A stretch of 32,000 bases of DNA from Raphidiopsis brookii D9 (GTDB lineage: Bacteria > Cyanobacteriota > Cyanobacteriia > Cyanobacteriales > Nostocaceae): the NCBI GenBank assembly GCA_000175855.1, contig ACYB01000038.1, forward strand, positions 94,243 through 126,242, in the 5' to 3' direction. The position numbers were made by a program, and so were the translations under genes. Shown here piece after piece: positions 28,711-32,000 of the stretch; positions within the stretch are counted from its first letter, which is position 1, and every line of letters begins with the position of its first letter. The notes under the pieces are model-generated. The model saw nothing but the letters and a program-made list of their open reading frames with translations. It was not told where the DNA came from and did no database searches.

Positions 28711-29223
28711 TTATCTTGATTTTAAAAAAATCTGGGTGAAAAAAATTTCCCCTTTATTATTGATCGCAACACCAATACCATTTAAGTTGTAATCACCTCG
28801 GATGTTTCTTAAATGTCCCGGACTTTTTAACCAACCTCGAACCGCAGTACTAGCAGGATCTTGAACTCCTTGATTATAGGCCACATTTTCCGCTACAGCA
28901 CGGTAGGTAATATTAATTGCTTTAACTCGTTTATCAAAGTCTTGATGACTAAAGGGAACTTTGCCACTAGCCATGTTTTGACTGTGAATCCTAGCTTGTG
29001 TATCAATACTAGGGTTACGGGTTAAGGTACCCAACTTCTGACTAACACGATACTGATTGATTTGTTGGAAAACTTGAGCTTCTAGGTTGGCGCTATTCAA
29101 ATTGTTCTGAGCTAATTTATAGCTGTTATTAGGTAAAAAGGATGGAATTAAGTTAGTTGCTCCACCATTAGTAGATGCAATTAAAAGCCCTGCACCAATA
29201 GCCGAAATACTTATTTTTAACAT
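28711..29223 (-). CDS. Secreted CAP/SCP (YkwD-like) domain protein, paralog 2
   Basis: The signal peptide is MLKISISAIGAGLLIAS. The CAP core is collinear with the 27166..27768 product (INQYRVSQKL...ARIHSQNMA...GWLKSPGHLRNI...). Confidence 0.85.
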   Translation of the reverse strand: MLKISISAIGAGLLIASTNGGATNLIPSFLPNNSYKLAQNNLNSANLEAQVFQQINQYRVSQKLGTLTRNPSIDTQARIHSQNMASGKVPFSHQDFDKRVKAINITYRAVAENVAYNQGVQDPASTAVRGWLKSPGHLRNIRGDYNLNGIGVAINNKGEIFFTQIFLKSR

Positions 29224-29273
29224 AATCCTTTAAATTAACTTTAGTGTGTGCTACTATAACATACTATAATAAG

Positions 29274-30026
29274 ATGAATCCTAACCATATTACCAATTTT
29301 GACAACCTATGGCTAGAACTATTCTCTCTTTACACCTATCCTTATTTGCTTTTATTGATTGGTAACTCAATCGCTTTTGGACAAACTGGTGTAGTTGTTC
29401 CCACCGTACCCTCAGACTCAACCACTCCCTCTCCCTCTAATCCCCCATCCAGCACACCTACCCAAATACCCAGTCCCAACAACCTTAGCACCACCAGGTT
29501 CAGTTGTCAATATTATGATGGTAAATATACTGTTATGTATGAACCTCAAAGTCAACCAGGGCGATTTTTTGCCTGGGCCATACCCCAGTCCTTGGGTGGT
29601 GGTTGGAACCCGCAAAACCGCTGTCAGGCGATCGCCAGTCGTCTAGAATTATATCGTCCTGATGGTTTGCAAGAACTGCAAATTGCCAGACAAAATAATG
29701 AAAATATTATTTGTGTCACCACTGAAGTTGTTTCCACCTGTCGCATAGTTTTTACAGTACCACGAACCAGGGATCCCTATTCTGTCCGCAGCAGCATTTT
29801 TAGTAGCCTAACTGCTGCAGATCAGGGACAGCAGACTGTTGGTGTGAACACTTACATCAGCTCTCCTAGAAGATCAGGTAATAATCCTCATTCCAGGAGG
29901 GGAATTAACTTAAAACCCTTTTTGTCCATGGAAGATGGTGGAACAGGTACTAATCTCAATAATGGATTATTAATTCGTAGTCGGACTCCAGGAAAAACCA
30001 TTTTAAATCCCCGCTTATTTCGATAA
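29274..30026 (+). CDS. COP23-family (circadian oscillating protein 23-like) secreted protein
   Basis: ATG 29274 lies within the ORF opened at GTG 29244. A hydrophobic leader and a Pro/Ser/Thr-rich linker come first. The core is RFSCQYYDGKYTVMYEPQ...FFAWAI...WNPQNRCQAIASRLE...NNENIICVT, which matches my memory of the cyanobacteria-restricted COP23 pattern. Confidence 0.6.
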   Translation: MNPNHITNFDNLWLELFSLYTYPYLLLLIGNSIAFGQTGVVVPTVPSDSTTPSPSNPPSSTPTQIPSPNNLSTTRFSCQYYDGKYTVMYEPQSQPGRFFAWAIPQSLGGGWNPQNRCQAIASRLELYRPDGLQELQIARQNNENIICVTTEVVSTCRIVFTVPRTRDPYSVRSSIFSSLTAADQGQQTVGVNTYISSPRRSGNNPHSRRGINLKPFLSMEDGGTGTNLNNGLLIRSRTPGKTILNPRLFR

Positions 30027-30040
30027 CCATTGGATTTTGA

Positions 30041-30418
30041 TTAACTGTCCCACGCCAAAATTTCCTGCACTTGTTTCCAAATGATTATGGGATTAAATGG
30101 TTTAGTAATTACCCCCGCAACACCCATATCGCTAAAACGTTTCTTGTCCAAAGAAGATGTTTTAGCAGTTAGTAAAATTACTGGTATGGATTTAGTTAAG
30201 GGGTCAGATTGTAACTTGTCCCACACTTGAAAACCATCCGTATCAGGCATTGTTATGTCTAATAATATAGCATCTGGCAATTGGGATCTAGCCTTTTCTA
30301 AGGCCTCCTCTGCGGTAGCAGCTAAAATAGTCCGCCAACCGGCAAATTTTTCTAAAGAAATGCGGACAATTACACGAATGTCTTGCTCATCATCCACTAT
30401 CAAAATATGTTTAGCCAT
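30041..30418 (-). CDS. Single-domain CheY-like response regulator
   Basis: 125 aa with ILIVDDE, ILLDITMPDTDG and LLTAK...KPF. Confidence 0.9.
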   Translation of the reverse strand: MAKHILIVDDEQDIRVIVRISLEKFAGWRTILAATAEEALEKARSQLPDAILLDITMPDTDGFQVWDKLQSDPLTKSIPVILLTAKTSSLDKKRFSDMGVAGVITKPFNPIIIWKQVQEILAWDS

Positions 30419-30487
30419 GATCCGACTAGTTGGAATATAAAAGGTTCTCTTATATCTTGAGTTCCTCCATGGTAGCCCAAAAAACTA

Positions 30488-32000
30488 CTACTGCGGTAGT
30501 GTAAAATAAAAAGTGCTACCACTATCCAATGTGCTCTCAATCCAAATTTTTCCCTGGTGTTTTTCCACAATATTTTTACAAATAGCTAATCCTAAACCCG
30601 TACCACCGTTTTGACGAGCATCAGAAACATCCACCTGTTCAAATCGCTCAAAAATAGTCTTTAACTTATCCGCAGGAATACCTTTACCATAATCTTTTAC
30701 TGCGATAATAATCTCTTTATCACCCATTTTAGTGTATATCTCTACTTTAGTACCAGCATGGGAAAATTTTACGCTATTGCTCAATAGGTTGGTCAGGACT
30801 TGAATAATTGTTTCTTCGTCAGCTAGGATTTTTGAGTTATGTACATCAAGTGTGCTGTAGGAAATTTCCATCCTCTTTTGTTGCGCGATTGGTTGCACTG
30901 TTTCCATTGCTTGTTTTACCATGATATTAATATCACAAAGCTCCAGGTTTAGTCTCATTTTACCTGAATCCAACATTTCTAAATTCAAAATATTGTTGAC
31001 AAGACGTAACAGTCTTTCACTATTACTAACAGCGATTTTTAACATCTGTTCTGCTTCCCGTGGTTCATCAACTAAAATTCCTGTTGCCAAAATCTCCAAA
31101 GCACCTTTAATAGCTGTTAAAGGTGTGCGTAATTCATGACTAACTACAGAGACAAATTCATTTTTTAATTGCTCAACTTCGTGTTGTTCACTAATATCCT
31201 GAATCTGCCAAATAAAATGCAGGGGTTTCCCGTTGACATCAGATAGTAATGAAACATTCAGCAACACCCAAATAATTTTTCCCGATTTATGTAAACAGGA
31301 TTTTTCTACTTGATAGTTAGTTATTTGACCAGAGATAAACTGGTATGCCAAATCAAAATCTTTTAGTAACTCCTCACCTGTAATAATTTCTGTCACCTTT
31401 TTAGTGAGTAAATCTGGAGAATCATAACCCAAGATTTGACATAATGCTCTATTCACCTTGATGAAATATCCATTGAGTGACACTAAAGCCATACCACTAC
31501 CAGCATTTTCAAAAGCAGTGCGAAATCTTTCTTCACTTTGTCTTAAATTTTCCTCTATTTTTTTGCGATCTGTAATATCTTTAATGATAGAAATTACACA
31601 GTCTTTGTTATCTATCACAATAGGTTCACAAGATACTAAAGAGGTTTTTACTTCCCCAGATTTTATAAGCCAGTCGAATTCTAAATTTCGGACATATCCT
31701 TGATTTTTGAGTTGTTCCTTGAGTAATAATCCCTGTTCAGGATTATATATCAAGGGTAAATTATCAAAACTATAACCTATCAATTCTACTTCCGAATAAC
31801 CAGTGAAATTTAAGAAATTAGGATTGACATCTAACAATATACAGCCCTGAATGTTTGGGTCGATAATTTGATGAATTAAAATTGGGTCAGGGGAACTGTG
31901 AAATATTTTAGTAAACTTATCTTGAGATTCCTGTAAAGCAGCTTGAATACTTATAAATGATAGTGCCAACTCCCTGGCCATAGTTTGAAAAGATTCACCC
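30488..32000 (-). CDS. PAS-domain sensor histidine kinase (N-terminus probably outside the window)
   Basis: The frame stays open upstream of Met at 31981 to the window edge (...GESFQT-MARELA...). Two PAS-like segments are present. The H-box is SHELRTPL, the N-box NLLSNSVKFS, G1 DYGKGIP and G2 GGTGLGLAI. Confidence 0.9.
   Translation of the reverse strand, partial: GESFQTMARELALSFISIQAALQESQDKFTKIFHSSPDPILIHQIIDPNIQGCILLDVNPNFLNFTGYSEVELIGYSFDNLPLIYNPEQGLLLKEQLKNQGYVRNLEFDWLIKSGEVKTSLVSCEPIVIDNKDCVISIIKDITDRKKIEENLRQSEERFRTAFENAGSGMALVSLNGYFIKVNRALCQILGYDSPDLLTKKVTEIITGEELLKDFDLAYQFISGQITNYQVEKSCLHKSGKIIWVLLNVSLLSDVNGKPLHFIWQIQDISEQHEVEQLKNEFVSVVSHELRTPLTAIKGALEILATGILVDEPREAEQMLKIAVSNSERLLRLVNNILNLEMLDSGKMRLNLELCDINIMVKQAMETVQPIAQQKRMEISYSTLDVHNSKILADEETIIQVLTNLLSNSVKFSHAGTKVEIYTKMGDKEIIIAVKDYGKGIPADKLKTIFERFEQVDVSDARQNGGTGLGLAICKNIVEKHQGKIWIESTLDSGSTFYFTLPQ

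Overview
This window looks like a chromosomal segment of a cyanobacterium, probably a filamentous Nostocales-type genome. The octamer GCGATCGC (HIP1) occurs 15 times, a COP23-family gene is present, and the heme-copper oxidase locus has the typical ctaA/ctaB <-> ctaCDE layout. Most of the window is recognisable housekeeping: mgtE, pyrB, pheT, thiC with a textbook TPP riboswitch, an rluE-like pseudouridine synthase, ctaABCDE, an RNase D-like exonuclease, pirin, and two-component genes.

The stand-out region is a four-gene, same-strand cluster at about 2962-6693. It encodes (1) an orphan protein ending in an HPD J-domain, (2) a cytoplasmic vWA/MIDAS protein, (3) a MotA/ExbB/TolQ-like 4-TM protein with a roughly 200-aa helical cytoplasmic tail, and (4) a MotB-like protein with one TM and an OmpA-type peptidoglycan-binding domain. 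Cyanobacteria have no flagella, so this resembles a repurposed ZorAB-like stator or sensor. Its partners (J-domain plus vWA) differ from those of the Zorya types I know. The cluster also looks compositionally foreign, with lower G+C in hand spot counts and no HIP1.

Secondary observations:
- Three genes carry +1 frameshifts. ctaA and ctaB are both broken at the identical 11-mer. The third is a YciI-like gene missing from the ORF track.
- A nucleotidyltransferase-phosphohexomutase fusion has degenerate mutase catalytic motifs.
- mgtE has a long structured leader.
- A perfect 13-bp palindrome abuts a small ORF.
- A CAP-pirin-CAP paralog arrangement is present.

I found no tRNA, rRNA, CRISPR array or transposase. 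All calls rest on reading the translations and sequence by eye; no database search was possible.
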